This document shows, piece after piece, positions 50,401-63,530 of a stretch of 64,000 nucleotides of DNA. Every line of letters begins with the position of its first letter. The first letter of the stretch is position 1. Both the position numbers and the translations under genes were made by a program. The notes under the pieces are model-generated. The model was given only the letters and a program-made list of their open reading frames with translations, was not told where the DNA came from and did not search any database. Origin of the DNA: Phoronis australis (taxonomy: Eukaryota > Animalia > Phoronida); assembly GCA_002633005.1 (NCBI GenBank), contig NMRA01000003.1:1210031-1274030 (forward strand), in the 5' to 3' direction.

Positions 50401-52043
50401 GCACTATATTCCCAGCATCCTGGTCGGTGTAAAGATTGAACGAGCGGCGTAATTTGACGGGTTTGAAGTGACTAATTGACTAGTTTTGCTGAGAAACCGC
50501 TGGATGTCTGGAACCGAGTCTCAGAAGTCTCTCTTGTTGATGAAAACGTGACAATATGAACATGAAGCTATGAACTTAGGCATGATTTGATTAGAACTTA
50601 GAACGAGTCCCCTCCACAACAGGGTATGGCCGATACGAGGAATTACGGCTACATACGTGAACCAAGTAACATGAAAAATATATAATATAACAATAAATAA
50701 AAGTAACAAAAATACTAAAAGTAAATAACTAGCGATGACAAGGACAGTACTAAAAATCTACCCAACTATTATTTAATTGTGCATGGTGGGGCGCTTGATT
50801 ACTGGACCAGTTTTTGTCAGTAGTTACAGATTCTCTGTTAGAAAACCGAATTCTGTAGTATCATCGGAGTTTAACCTTGAAATCATTCATAAAATAGCAA
50901 ACAAAGTGACCAAAAACCTTTTAACACTACGAGACCTAGTCTTCAAGACAAGGGTGCTCTTACGAGGTCGCTTACGAATGAGATGAGATAATGGGTACCT
51001 TTTTAGTTCAGAGTAATGAAAACATGGAAAAACGTAATGAAATTCATCATAAGGTTCTAGTCTAGCTTGTTACACAGTGGACAAATACTAGCCGAAGAGT
51101 CCCGGCACAAGGGATTATTATAGAGAGAACTACAACAGGTAGCACCATGCAGTTGTTTCTACATCTCGAAATAAGAATCGCGACTGGCAGATCAGTAAGT
51201 GTTAACTGAGTAAGATGCAAGAACCCAGTTGATTTGCAGAGTTGTCACTGAGTGCCGCCAGCTCGCCAAGCAGCTCAGTGTCCACTGACGACTGAGCTGC
51301 CAGCTCAGTTGAAGAACCAGACCACTTCTCATCCTAGTAAGGAACATGCCGAGACTAAGTTCATAGCTCCATGTTGTCTAAATAAAGTTCAGTCGCTTCT
51401 TTGTCGCAACCAACTGGGGCGGATCCAGGATTTTGAGTTGCCGGGGGAGGTGGCCGGGGGAGCCTAGGGTAGCCCGGCCGGCTTTATTCAGCCAGAATCA
51501 CTTGCCCGTCAGTAGACATTCGCACTCCCGAACTGCCAAATGGAATCTGGGAGAATCTTAGGGGGGATGACCCCCTTGCCCCGCCCTAAATCCGTCACTT
51601 GCCAGGCAAAGGGTTATTCAGTCAGCTCCTGCCAGTGCCGCCGGGCCTCGAGGCGTCAGGCGACTTGGCCTATACATGATCATGCTCGAATATAACGCCA
51701 TGGTTTTAGTACACGTGATATTGGCAAGAATAATTTTACTTAAAATGCGCAGTGGGACTGTGGCCAAAGTTCTCGATCGTTAGAAACTTTTTGGTCACGA
51801 GTGAGACAGTTGAGAGAACGTTACGGAACAGTTCTAATGTGAAAAGCGGGCTGGGTTGGAGTTGTATAAAGAGGGCACTGTTTTATTTTGTGCTCTTCAC
51901 TACGAGAAGTCGCAATTGTTATTCACTGGAAAAACAGCGAAATTATGTACTTCTCTTAAGTGTTGTGTTCACAATGTTTGGCTGCAAAGATTTCTATTCT
52001 CTCTTAATTACTTAATTGATTGAGGCACCAGAGTACGTCTACA

Positions 52044-52499
52044 ATGGCTGTTATTCATAGGATTATTTTTACGTGGACCGTAGTGACAGTTTTCCTTATT
52101 TTTCTGGTTCTAAGACTTGACGAGAAGTTAACCTGGAACTGGTTTATCATCTTCATTCCTATGTGGCTTTTCGATGTCGTTGTTGTTGTTTACATCTTAG
52201 TTCGGCTCATTTCACATTGTGTTGTGCCGACCTATGAACGAGGAGAAGACTCGAAGCTCCGAAAATCCTTTAACCTTATATGTACTTGTTTGAAGCTCAT
52301 TTTCGAAGTGTTGTTGTGCTTAAAACTCGAATACTTTTCCGACGTAATTTCCGTTTGGCATGCGATGATACCCATGTGGATTTTATTAACTGGTTGCATT
52401 GTGGATGTCACCTGGAGTCTCCTTCCTGCAAATGTTACGTGTTGCACGGATACTTGGCAAAATGCATCTTGGCGAAGAACAGCATTCAAAGGGCGGTAG
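52044..52499 (+). CDS. TMEM60: Transmembrane protein 60 (TMEM185/TMEM60 family), single coding exon
   Basis: MAVIHRIIFTW..FLIFLVLRLDEKLTWNWFIIFIPMWLFD..LKLIFEVLLCLKLE..IPMWILL matches the TMEM60 pattern. Confidence 0.92.
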   Translation: MAVIHRIIFTWTVVTVFLIFLVLRLDEKLTWNWFIIFIPMWLFDVVVVVYILVRLISHCVVPTYERGEDSKLRKSFNLICTCLKLIFEVLLCLKLEYFSDVISVWHAMIPMWILLTGCIVDVTWSLLPANVTCCTDTWQNASWRRTAFKGR

Positions 52500-55368
52500 T
52501 TCAGTGACAGTGGATATAAACTATGGAGTCGTTTCTTAAGAAGAATACCCGCTGACTTTTGTAGTGGTGTCGGTTATGGAACCAGTTGAAGTGAAGCTAA
52601 GGGTTGAACTCACCCAATCGTTTTACTCTCTACAAAGGAAGACATATTGTTGGATATGCAACAACCATCATGCAAATTGAGATTCGAGAGAAGGAAAAAG
52701 GTGGAAACAACATTAGTAATTGGAATTGTCTGATTGTATCTGTATTGTATCATTATTAGAACACGAAGCTTTAACTCAGTGACTATAAGTATGAATGAAT
52801 TACTTCTCACTTACACCTAAAGCTAAGGTTTCCACTGAAGAGAAGTGTGAAAGAAACTTAAATGATTTGAATTGTTGCCATATTAGAAACAGTTGCTATT
52901 GTTTCCACAGCTAACACAAATGAATAGCTATGAACTGAGCTGTCTGTGTGAGCTGAAGCTAAGCTCATAGCTCAATGCGGGTGACCTGACCACAGTGAGG
53001 CAATGCTTCTCTGACCTGTTAATTAGTTCTTAGTTATTGTAATCAGCCAACACGTAGCTCACCTCTCCTCCATGTTCTAAGAATTTGCGCTCACCAGTTA
53101 AAAGAAATCCAACTAGTGATGCAATCGCCTCATTCCATTGCAAGGTAAAAGCCTCACAGTATATTTTTGTGCTAATGTGAGCTATTAGCTGACAGAGCCC
53201 ATTTGTATTCAAGGTGCATAGATTTTTGGTCCCTCCTTTGGGCCTAGCCAATTACCTTCTCAATGTAACTGACGAATGTAGGTAAACTCTGAACTTGTGT
53301 GTGAGGGTCTACTTCTCTTGTTAAGTTCATTGCAAGTTTCTTACAAGGTAAACTCCTTCTGTCAACCACCAGCAACTTAATAAGTGTCATTGTTATTTTT
53401 TCTTTCAGTAAACCAAAATAAATGTTTTCAAAAAGCATATACCAATTAACTTTTTTGGTTTGGAGTCAGGAAGAGTGTTAGTCAAGTCATTCTCACTTCA
53501 ACAATTATGTTCAGTAGTTTTACTGTCACGGAATATGAGTGCAGTTCTTGAATTTGGGACAGCCAATAATACCTGTTTCTAAAATCTTGCTCTGCAGACG
53601 TTCTTGCTGTGCAGACGTTCTTGCTGTGCTCATGTCTTCTACACTACCTACTAGTAATCATCACTGATTCTTCATTGTCTCATGGTTGCCACTTTTTGCC
53701 CTGGGTCATCACCTGCACCGCTGCTCAGTGTCGTACCCCCTGGCTACAGGCATTTCATTTGTCAGTCAAGTGGCAACACCTAATGTGACCGAATTTTCCA
53801 GACGGGCGGGTCTCGTATGCTTTAACAATATCAAATTTGCAGGACGCATATTATACTGATTTATTCATGACTCTAGAAAAATGCCCAAGTTTGGCTAACT
53901 TTGGAAGGTCATATCTCAGAAGTGAGTGATAGGATTTACATGAAATTTCAGTGCTTTAGGCACTGTTGTCCAAAACACAGTTAGTAATTGTTTTTTTTTT
54001 CAAAATTTCCACTTGTGTGGAGGGCTGTCAAAAAGGACGTTTTATTATTTTTATGAAAAAACGTCAAAAGTTGTAGAAAATGAAATGATGTTTTACAAAA
54101 CTGTAACAGCATTTTCGATAATTCATCTGGAACATTTGTGTTAAATGAAATTCGGCCTTGGTGTTGATACTTGCTTTGCTTTGAATGTATGTTTTATTTG
54201 CTGAATTTTGATAAAAGGGCGTATTCACATGACTCAATTAATGTCAGATCGTATCAAGTGTAAATTAAAGTTTACAGCTTCGTATTTACAGAAAATATAT
54301 AGTTTTACAAAGTTACAGCAATTTTTCACCTATTTAGCACACAATATGGCCAAAAAGTAAAATTCTATTTTGTCAATTTCTTCAAAAAATAAATATTACG
54401 AAAATTTTAGTCTGTTGCTAGCATAGTTTGCACAGTGTAGATGTCATAAAACATTTGGTGAAATTGTCATTATTTAGATATTTGAAAAACGGAAAATGAT
54501 AATTTTGGCAATTATTTTTGTGCGAAATGAGTGGAGAATTGCAGTACTATGTGTTGATATTTGGCGAATTGCCCAGACTTGTTGATCACAGTATGCAGAA
54601 ATTGGTCAAATTAAACCGCAGGAAATCGAACTTAATGACTTCTTGCTTTTCGGGATTTCCTTTTTAATATTAGGTATGAAATAATACATTTTTACAAAAA
54701 ATAGAAAATAAAAAATTGAATACAAAATTGAACATTTACGTGAATATGAGTCCTCATTAGCCAGTATTAGATATCGACGGACTGAGTTGGACTAAACATA
54801 CAGAAAAGTAAAGAGGGCAGTCGGCTAACCCCAATGATGGAAGAATTCTAGCAAACCCCCCAGGGCATTTCGTTTAGATCTTGAGCCAGATGACTAGAGC
54901 GAAGTCGAAAATCTACTAAGAATATATCAGTTTGGTAAAAAAAAGAAAGAAAGAAGCACATCGATAAAAATAACAAAATTAGTTGCTCATGGTAAATCGA
55001 CCAACTTGAGGTTTTAAAGCTGCATTCCGTCCTTGTTTAGCTACCAATATTGAATTTTAGTCAACAGAAACACAGCACTTTGGAGTTGATAAACGTTGCC
55101 GTCGGTGTCTAATCTGATCTCGAGTTATTACCGAATGAGTCGGCAACTCAATTCACAAACAATGCGTTCATACACGGACCGTTTTCAAATCCGCAATTCG
55201 GGTTGGCGAACTTCTATAACGTTCGAAGTGTCGGGTGTTGATGTTCTTGGTGGTAACGGAAACAGAATCCTATGACGTTATGACTGAAGAATTTATAAGA
55301 CCGTTTCTGTGAGAGTAAAAGGGACCCGTGCTGTAGTTTTAAAATTAGAGGTAAGTAGGCGCCCAATG

Positions 55369-55515
55369 CATGGGTGGCGCAGGACTGAAAAAAGTGGGGC
55401 TATACCTCTCAGTCCCGCTGTGGTGCACCGCCCATAGACCATGGGCGGCACAGCACTGAAAAAAGTGGGGGGGGGGGGCTACAGCCCCTCAGCCCCATAT
55501 GGTGCGCCGCCTATG
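55369..55515. mobile_element. Tandem dimer of the CATGGGCG mini-MITE nested in another MITE (about 55327-55663)
   Basis: Two ~70-bp units bounded by one 5-bp TSD caatg; outer gtgctgtagt / actacagcac TIRs. Confidence 0.7.
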
Positions 55516-57709
55516 CAATGCCCACTGACTCATCTTGAGCACTTAATTTTAAAAGTGCACTGGATTCGCACTATAACGTAATTTACGGTGCGTAGGCGCT
55601 ACGTTTAAATGCCAAAAGGTGATTGGCTTCGCCTACGTGCGCCTACACCCCACTACAGCACTGAAAGGAACTCGTTTTTAGTCAGCTGACTGAGCAAAAT
55701 GCAGCTTCAACTGAAATGGGAAAGTGCTTCAATGAACTTATGTGTAGGTTGTAGTACTGGAAATTCTCTTATCATCCAACTCCCACTAAACAACTTAACA
55801 ATGTGCATTTGATTTCCCGCCGAATCTGAAATGACCGTCTAAAATTGATGTTGCGGTGATTTTGACGTAAGCTGATGGGATTCCTTCTGCCAGTTCTATA
55901 TCAGATCTCTGGCCGGGAGGAGCAGTCACCAGAAAGTCGTTCACCTGGCGATGCTTCGGCAATAAGGTATTTTGAAACGGACCTTTCTGACTAAATTGGC
56001 CCTATAGGGCGAATCTCGATTTCCTCAGTTTCACAGTTTCCAACGTTCAAGAGCGCCCAGCGATAATCATAGGCAAGGAATGTGGCAACATTTTGCCTTC
56101 TGCGAAAAAAATCTGATGTGAAAACATGATACGGAGTGTTCATCTGGCCACTTTGAATAGGTGAAAAAGGTGTTTTTTCTTTGAAGCTTCCACGCCAGCT
56201 GCGTCCATTTTTAACCTGACTCCGGCAACACTAAAAACGACAGAAGAGAGTAGAAGGTCCAGAAAAATCCCACGATAGGCCTATTTCTGTACCGTATATT
56301 GAAAAGGAATTGGCAAATATCCTTTTGCTTCAGGCGTCGGACAAAAATGTAGGAGTGGATGAAGGAAATTGTGATTCAAATGTAAACCGAGTTCATTTTC
56401 GTGCAATTGTCAAAAACCTCAAGTTGAGGCACAATCTGATCATAAAGCAAACTGCAAAATTTACCATTAATGAATTAACGAAAGCCAATCAAACGTTTGC
56501 ACTGAACTACTAACCGTTGTTTGAAAGTCAGGTGATCCAGTGAATTGATTTTCTGGTAACGACGACTTTCAGCCAGACGGATCCGACCACTGTTGGGCCC
56601 ACTGATGGAATTTTTTTTGTTTGCTTCGGATTTTCACGAAATTTGGCGAATAGACTCGTATTAAGGTAACCATTCGCTTTCACTTTCAAACAAATTCTGT
56701 GCCACGATGTGCATTTTTGTTATTAACGTTCATTTTATCCGCCAAATCGCTCAAGGATCGTAACCAACATGAAACTGGAAGAAGTTTTTGTTTATAATAG
56801 GAAGATCACGGCTGCTGAATTTCGACCGTATTCGACTACCCAGTGACAACGTTTTCTCAAGTTCGCCGCGAAACTGTAACGAAGGTTCAGTTTTCCATGG
56901 CTGTCGATGCTCATATCGCCTGGTTAAGCAATTTTCAGTCTCCATTTACTGCCCGCAGTGCAGATTTCTTGCGTTACTTTTATATCCCGGCTAATTTTGA
57001 CAGTAGGCCTATTCTATCTTTTTGGCATTCCTTAATAAAGAATAAGTCACAATCATAATGCGAACGGTTATTTGCTGAAGCGGCTCAGACCGCCACCAGT
57101 GATATGAGCGTAAAAAGTGATTCTTTAAGTTCCCATTGAATTAAATTATCCGGCTTCCTCAGGGCCTGCTAAAATAACGCAGTGCAATCGGGGGTAAAAC
57201 TGCATGAGTCGGTCACTGAGTACTGTGATCCCTTGCACATTCCAAAACGGTTTTATTCAAGCTTTATTTAACGTCGTTCGGAGAACAGATTAACATTAGT
57301 CAGTTGGACTATTACTACGACATTAAAGTGCCATCATCAGTTTTATAGTTCTGTCATAAATACGCTGTTGTTTTAATAGATTACATCACACGCAACAGGA
57401 GTCCCGTCCTATTCCCATTCCACTGAGTGTTTTGTGACCGTCAGACCTGCATGGCCTCATCACAGTGAACACGATTTCTGTTGCAGCGCCACCTATATTT
57501 GTTTGGCGATACTTATAAAGTTTGACAAAATTAGTCCATAAATAATTAACAATTATTTACAAGTTGACGTTAATATTATGTCATTATACATGGTCAATAT
57601 GTCTGGAGTTATTTTTTTGCGCTTAAAGAAGACGAAAAATTAAATTTTCAAGTCTATTAAGAATTTTCACTTAGTGTAGTAATTTTCATAAAATTGTCCT
57701 TCTTTCAAA

Positions 57710-57791
57710 ATGGAGAACTTCGGAAGGTATCCAGCCGAATATAATCCAAAAGTACATGGGCCTTACAACCCTGGAACTTACTATGGGAAAC
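57710..57791 (+). CDS. ATP5MF: Mitochondrial ATP synthase subunit f, exon 1
   Basis: MENFGRYPAEYNPKVHGPYNPGTYYGK(P), the invertebrate-type N-terminus; donor GTGAGC, phase 1. Confidence 0.93.
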
Positions 57792-58269
57792 GTGAGCATG
57801 TGTTTTATATTTTGTACTGTTAGAAGGAAAAAGTCGGATAAAGCGGCTCCTGATTTAAAGAGCTAAGGAATCGCGGAGTAGCGGGCCCGTTATTAGCATC
57901 CAAGGGACAAGCACAGGGTCAGGGAAACAACGTGTGAAAGATGGTTCTCTAATTCAGGGGCCTATTACCAACCAGCGTCTGCAAAAGGAGTCGCAACTAA
58001 CTGAAATCACTTTCACCCTATTCAAAATCAAATCACATAAAGTCTATTTGTATTACTGATTTATCAGCCTAGCTTTGCCCACAGGCGTCCTCAGACCTCA
58101 GGCTCAGCTTCTGATCGTCCCCAATTCACTGTCTATACTATACTACAAGTTAAGACACTCCGGACTAGAAATTCCACGGGTGCTTCACTTCAGCCATCCA
58201 TAGAAAACACAAAACTATACATTTACACAAAATGAGTTCAACAAACCATGTAGCCAGTCAGCTAGCTGT

Positions 58270-58999
58270 ATGAAGACTCGTCAAAATACAGCTAGGTACC
58301 ACTGTGTGTATTTCTTCCGTAGACCCCGAAATTGCATGCAGCCAGGGTAGTTCTGCTCGTCACCGCGCTGTGAAACTTGTATCAAAATGTAAAGCTAAAG
58401 ACTGGACGGGGTGCATGCAAAATCTGGGAATCGACTGATACTCACCTTGCCCGTTAGAGCCGTTTAAGTGAAAAACAATGTAATAAACGTCAATTTTCTT
58501 GCGTAACTCTCCGCCTTTTCTAACAATGCAAAGTATGTTGTCATTTCCAGAACAATACACTCGTGTCACACGCACGCGCCATTTCCTAAATTTTCGTGAC
58601 AACTTCGGAGAAGCAAAATTTGTTCTGAAATTCAGTTTTTCGGTATCGGAATTCTAAAAAATTATAATGAAGTGAAACCAGTTCCAATTATTTGTTGTGA
58701 CGTGTATGCAAGCTCGTGAAAGAGCAGCAGTTGATTGAAGAATTGGCGAAAAAAGAAACTGGCCAATAGGTGACGCAATATTTCATGGCGCCGAAAGCCG
58801 TCGCTAAAGATCACTCCACAACTTTAACAGCAGAATAATGGTAGAATGTCATTTTTCCAACACTGTTAAATAATTTTGTTTACTCAAGGAAGACTGTAGT
58901 TTTTAATGACACTAATTTTGTGTCAAATTTTATCTTACCACTTTTTTACCCACATCGGTGCAAAGCTGTATATTTATATACAGCTTTGCACCAAGGCTA
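58270..58999 (-). mobile_element. TAGCC-terminated dispersed repeat, antisense in ATP5MF intron 1
   Basis: Reverse complement of 34749-35446; ggtgcaaagctgtatat/atatacagctttgcacc hairpin at 58958-58992. Confidence 0.85.
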
Positions 59000-59133
59000 C
59001 AAACTATGAGGAATTGTTTTTCTGCCAATACCATTTACAGTGTCCTGCTCCACCGAGTTTGCAACAAATTCGCTGTCAAAGTACAAAAATCTTATCAAAA
59101 ATTTGCTGACGTATTTATGTATTACATTTTCAG

Positions 59134-59229
59134 CTGATCCTTTGTCTCAAGTGAAAGTAAGCGAGGTCCCAAAATGGCTAGCTCGCAGGAACTTCAGTCC
59201 CCAGGCTATGGCAGCATGTGTTAACAGAG
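59134..59229 (+). CDS. ATP5MF: ATP synthase subunit f, exon 2
   Basis: DPLSQVKVSEVPKWLARRNFSPQAMAACVNR; phase 1-1. Confidence 0.93.
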
Positions 59230-59647
59230 GTGAGCTTTGATGTGTTTTTAGATTCCAAGCATCTCAAGGGGATATGAAAAGAGTTCAGAATGTAAACTTA
59301 ATGCTGAGTGTGGCAACTTATCAATACTGATTTTCTCTGTCCTATCGTCTTGTTGAACATTTCTAGGAAAAACATGGGAGTATCCAAAACGATTTTAGTT
59401 CAGTAGCCAACCATAGGAGACCTGGAAATTGTTTGAAATCTTCATGCACTACTTGGTATTAAAGGAAGTTATAAACATGAAACAACAAAAAAACATTATA
59501 CTACCAAACATTTCTACTAGGTACACATTTCTGGCTACTGGGCTATTTCTGTTTGAACATTTAGCATTAAGATCATGTAATTGAAATTCTACACCTTATC
59601 ATGATAAGCTGAGCTCGTACTTTTATCAGTCACAATTAGTTTACCTA

Positions 59648-61130
59648 TAGACCTAATTCACGCCGCGGACATTAAAACCCAAAGCGAGGCTCACTGCGAT
59701 AAACAAAGCGGAAGTTGACATCGCGTGAGTTAAATGGCCGGTCTTTCGAGTACAACCTGGGTATAAAATCTTAAAAATGTGTCGATAATTAACCACGGAG
59801 ACGTACAAAAATAGATTAGAGAACATGTCAATGCACCAAAGTGTTGTGTGATTTAAGGATGTAATTTTTTTCGGAAAACTATGTTCGAAACCTGAAAAGT
59901 AAATATCACCAAATTGCTGCGATCGTAGTGTTACTGATTAGGTATTATGCTGAATGCAGGTTACTTTTTTCTTGTAAATTGTTGATAAAAATGCTTTCTA
60001 CTCGAACCAGGTCATCTGCTCGTATAGTTGACGAGTTGAAGATATATTCGACAGTGGTGGCTCGTTGCATTTTGCTGTCGTGCAGTTAGTCACATGTGGT
60101 TTAATTTGATCAAGAATATTAACATCAAGAATAGCCTACGTCCTGGTGAGGTAGGAATTACCGGGACTAACAGTTGATTTGTCATTGATCTGAAAGAATA
60201 ATTGATGATATTAAATATATTTTTTATTAAAACAAAAACCAGGCTTGTAATTGAAAATAAAAATTATTTGACCATCAATTCTGCTTGCTTGGTTTGAATT
60301 CTTATGTCTATTTCATGTGTTAGGTTTCAAATATCAATATGGACCAAGTTGAATTTTAAAATTAAAACATGTATTTCGTTCGTCCAGAGCATAACCTCAT
60401 TTTAGAGCTCAATTTCAGTTAACTGAACAGAGCAAGCATAGTTATCATGTTTCTTCAGGGGCCTCGTTTATGCAAGGGGAAAGGTGCCCAGTGTGCCTTC
60501 TGAGAGGGGAATTTTTCGCTGAGTGAGGGGAAAAATCTACCTCCCGATCGCTATCAATAGCACGCTTTCCCTGTTGCAAGCTCTCATAGGCTCTGTCTCA
60601 AATAGCATTTTGTGCTCTTTCAAGTTGTCACCTGTGTGTCTACAGGTGATTTGAACTTCGGAGAGAAATTTTCAATCACTAGGGGAATTTTTAGGCCTCG
60701 TAGGGAGTATTTGGCGTTAGTTTTCGTTGAGGGGAATAGGGCCGATATTCAGCCCCAAAATCGAGGAATTGAGGGCCTTATCCTCTTTGGAAAGAAAAAT
60801 GCATCACGTTTCAACCCATAGTCATGAAAATACAGCCTGGGTGGTCGAAAATTGTCTGGTCGTTGCTGTGATGCTCGGCAACCGAGATGCGACAAAATAT
60901 CTAACTTTTCAAAAACATTTATAAATTTTACAGACATTTCCTTCGTCGCGGCAATGACCCAACGCTTCCGAATCTCAATGTCCTTAGGGATTGTAAAACA
61001 GACAGTTGAGTGTCCATATTTTTTCTAGCCCTTCAAGCGACGCGGAAAACAACTATGCCAATAAGTCAACAAAGCTATCGTAGTGAGCCTCGTTTTGGAA
61101 CGCGCCTCCTGTTGGCGTGAATTAGGTCTA
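59648..61130. mobile_element. Non-autonomous TIR element (TAGACCTAATTCACGC family), long version
   Basis: Same TIRs and arms as 8263-9175 plus about 0.6 kb of extra internal sequence. Confidence 0.85.
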
Positions 61131-61217
61131 TTGGCGCGAGCTTAGTTTCACTGTTAGAACTGTGTGAAAAATCCAAAACGCAACCTTAAGGAATTCCTTT
61201 TAATACTGTATCCTCAG

Positions 61218-61334
61218 CCTTCTGGAGATGGAACTTGAAGTACTTGCAAGCCAAGAAGACGTCGTTGACACCATTTGTCCAGTTTGGTGTTGGCATGTCC
61301 ATCTGTTACTACTTCCTGCATTACAAGGCTCATT
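61218..61334 (+). CDS. ATP5MF: ATP synthase subunit f, exon 3
   Basis: AFWRWNLKYLQAKKTSLTPFVQFGVGMSICYYFLHYKAH (WRW motif); donor GTAAGT. Confidence 0.93.
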
Positions 61335-62084
61335 GTAAGTTCCTCAATTACCTGTACTGATATACCTAAACAAGAGTCATTATGAGGAAGAATGGACTGC
61401 GATTATGGAGTTGTTTAGCCATCTGTATGCACTCCACCTGCTTTACAGCTCAGTCTCTTTCTGGTTACGAAAATTGTTTCATTTGCATTAAAAAACCGAA
61501 AGATGCATGAAAAGTAACTAAAAGTGCTCTGTTTGTAAATCCGTGGTTGTTGACGTAATTGCTACCTTTTGTTTAAAAAGTGACGAACAGTTTCAAAGCA
61601 ATGTTGACAGTGAAAGAGTAAGATATCCTTAAATTAAATAGACAAGTCATGCATGATAGACAATCTTCTTCAGTGACAGCTCACCAGGAACAGGTTGTAT
61701 GTATAGACAGCTGTGTAGATTCGCGCCACCTGACATCATGAACTGACAATAAATTCTGATCAATTAGCCTATGTGTGTATGTGGTGGATATTTACCCTTT
61801 CTGAGTAACCCAAAGACCCTGTGCTAGCCAAAGAGTGGCATATATTCCAACATGACTGGTGTATGGAATTTTGTTCGGATCAATCTGTGTCTGATGTAAG
61901 GAGCTTGTCCGATGTTTACGTACTTAAGAACCGAGAAGTGGCGGGACATGCTTTTGATCACATTACAAATTTTAGCTCATGGCACATCCGGGGGTGACAG
62001 TCAATTTAAGGGGTATAGTGGGGATGTGCTTCTGGGATACCCTTTTCAACATGGCTGATACAGTGTTTGGTTGTTTTTTCATCA

Positions 62085-63370
62085 TTTTTATGCACTCACA
62101 TATTTATGTGTATGTGCATTTTTCTGTCATCCCTGTCTGCCCGGCGTCCATTGCTGTATCTCCAAAACCCCTTGATGGGTGTTTGTGAAATTCCATCGTG
62201 GACGGTACGTCATGGGCAAGTTATTGGCTTAAGCCCACTACCGGTGTGCCCCTAGTGGCAGTTTTATTTTTTAACGTTTGCCTCTCTATCTTTGGAGTTT
62301 CTCAATGGATTTTCACAAAATTTGACTTATTAATATCTGTTAATAAGACAATGCCATCTTTTAGTTTTCGGTTGGATTCAACTTATTTTGCATGTTTTTT
62401 TACTGTTTTCAGGTGGCCAAACTTTTCCACGGCTTATTTTGAAACTTGATAATTAAACGTTCCCACTGGGAAGAGGATGACTGCAACTACTGTTAGTAGT
62501 GTCAGTTTTGTTTTTTGCCTCTGCAGCTGTATCTCATGAATCTCTTGTAGGAACTTTTAAATTACTAAATTTGGCAAGTGATTTTCTATAAACGTGACTA
62601 CAGATGGCAACTAATTTCATGTGGACTCGAGTGCCAATGTGCCCCTAGTGGCAATTTTAGTTTCTTTACATTTTCCTCTATATCTTCGGATTTTAATGAA
62701 ACATGGCAAATAGGTTTCTATTAAAGCGCAATAATACCTTCACATTTTCAGAATGGTGGATTTGACGTTTTGTATGCCACCTAGGGGGACGTTTTTAGTC
62801 TGCTTTTTTTGGCGTCTGCCTGTCTATTGGCCAAAACATTCTAAGGATCATTATGAAAAATGGTGTACATATCCCTTCTTGGAGGTACATGGCTGTCAAT
62901 GATTTTTGAACTGGTGTGACGACTGCTGATGCACCCTCTTGTAGTAATTTTGTTGTTTTTGCTTGTGGTTCAATACAAGTTTCTTGATGGATCTTCCTGT
63001 AATTTTGCACGTGTTCATGAGAGTACAACTGATGTGGATTTTGGGACAAATATGACTGCTGTGTAGTCGCGTAGTGGCAATTTTGTTTTTCTTTGCGATT
63101 ATCTTGTTACCTTTCAAGTTTCTTAATGAATGTTCATGACATTTGGCAAATAAGTTACTATCACATAGACACAGGCCCCGTTTCAGTTGGACGTGACCAT
63201 TGCACCCCCTAGTGGCATTTCTTTTGTTTTTGTGTCCTTCGTCACGTTTTCCTGTTCTTTAAACTTCTTCAAGAATCGTGATTAAAGTTGGCAGGTGTGT
63301 CCCTATCGAGTAGCGAATTTATGACTTGCTTTGCACCTCCTAGGTGTTACTATTAGTTTTACTAGCATTG
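62085..63370 (+). mobile_element. Second HINE-like element with ccctagtggc tandem units, in ATP5MF intron 3
   Basis: tttttatgcactcacatatttat..ctgtcatccctgtctgcccggcgtcc start and repeat units homologous to 10444-11587; 3' end uncertain. Confidence 0.65.
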
Positions 63371-63501
63371 TTCCATTAATTGGGAATGTTTAAAGTAATG
63401 ACCATCTCTTGTATCTGCGATGAAAGCAGTTCAGTTTAATTTTATCCCAATGTTATGACTGCCAACATGCCAGCATTCAATACTTACCATTTCTTTTTCA
63501 G

Positions 63502-63530
63502 ATTATTCACGTCATGCCAAGTACCATTAA
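63502..63530 (+). CDS. ATP5MF: ATP synthase subunit f, last exon
   Basis: (Y)YSRHAKYH*, the conserved KYH C-terminus; AATAAA at 63673. Confidence 0.92.

Noticed and set aside
51280-51320. Hammerhead ribozyme (ctgacga followed by a perfect hairpin)
   Set aside because: No GAAA directly after the helix and no stems I or III.
61185-61217. U12-type intron signals (ttccttttaat, gtatcct) before ATP5MF exon 3
   Set aside because: The matching donor is GTGAGC, a normal U2 site.
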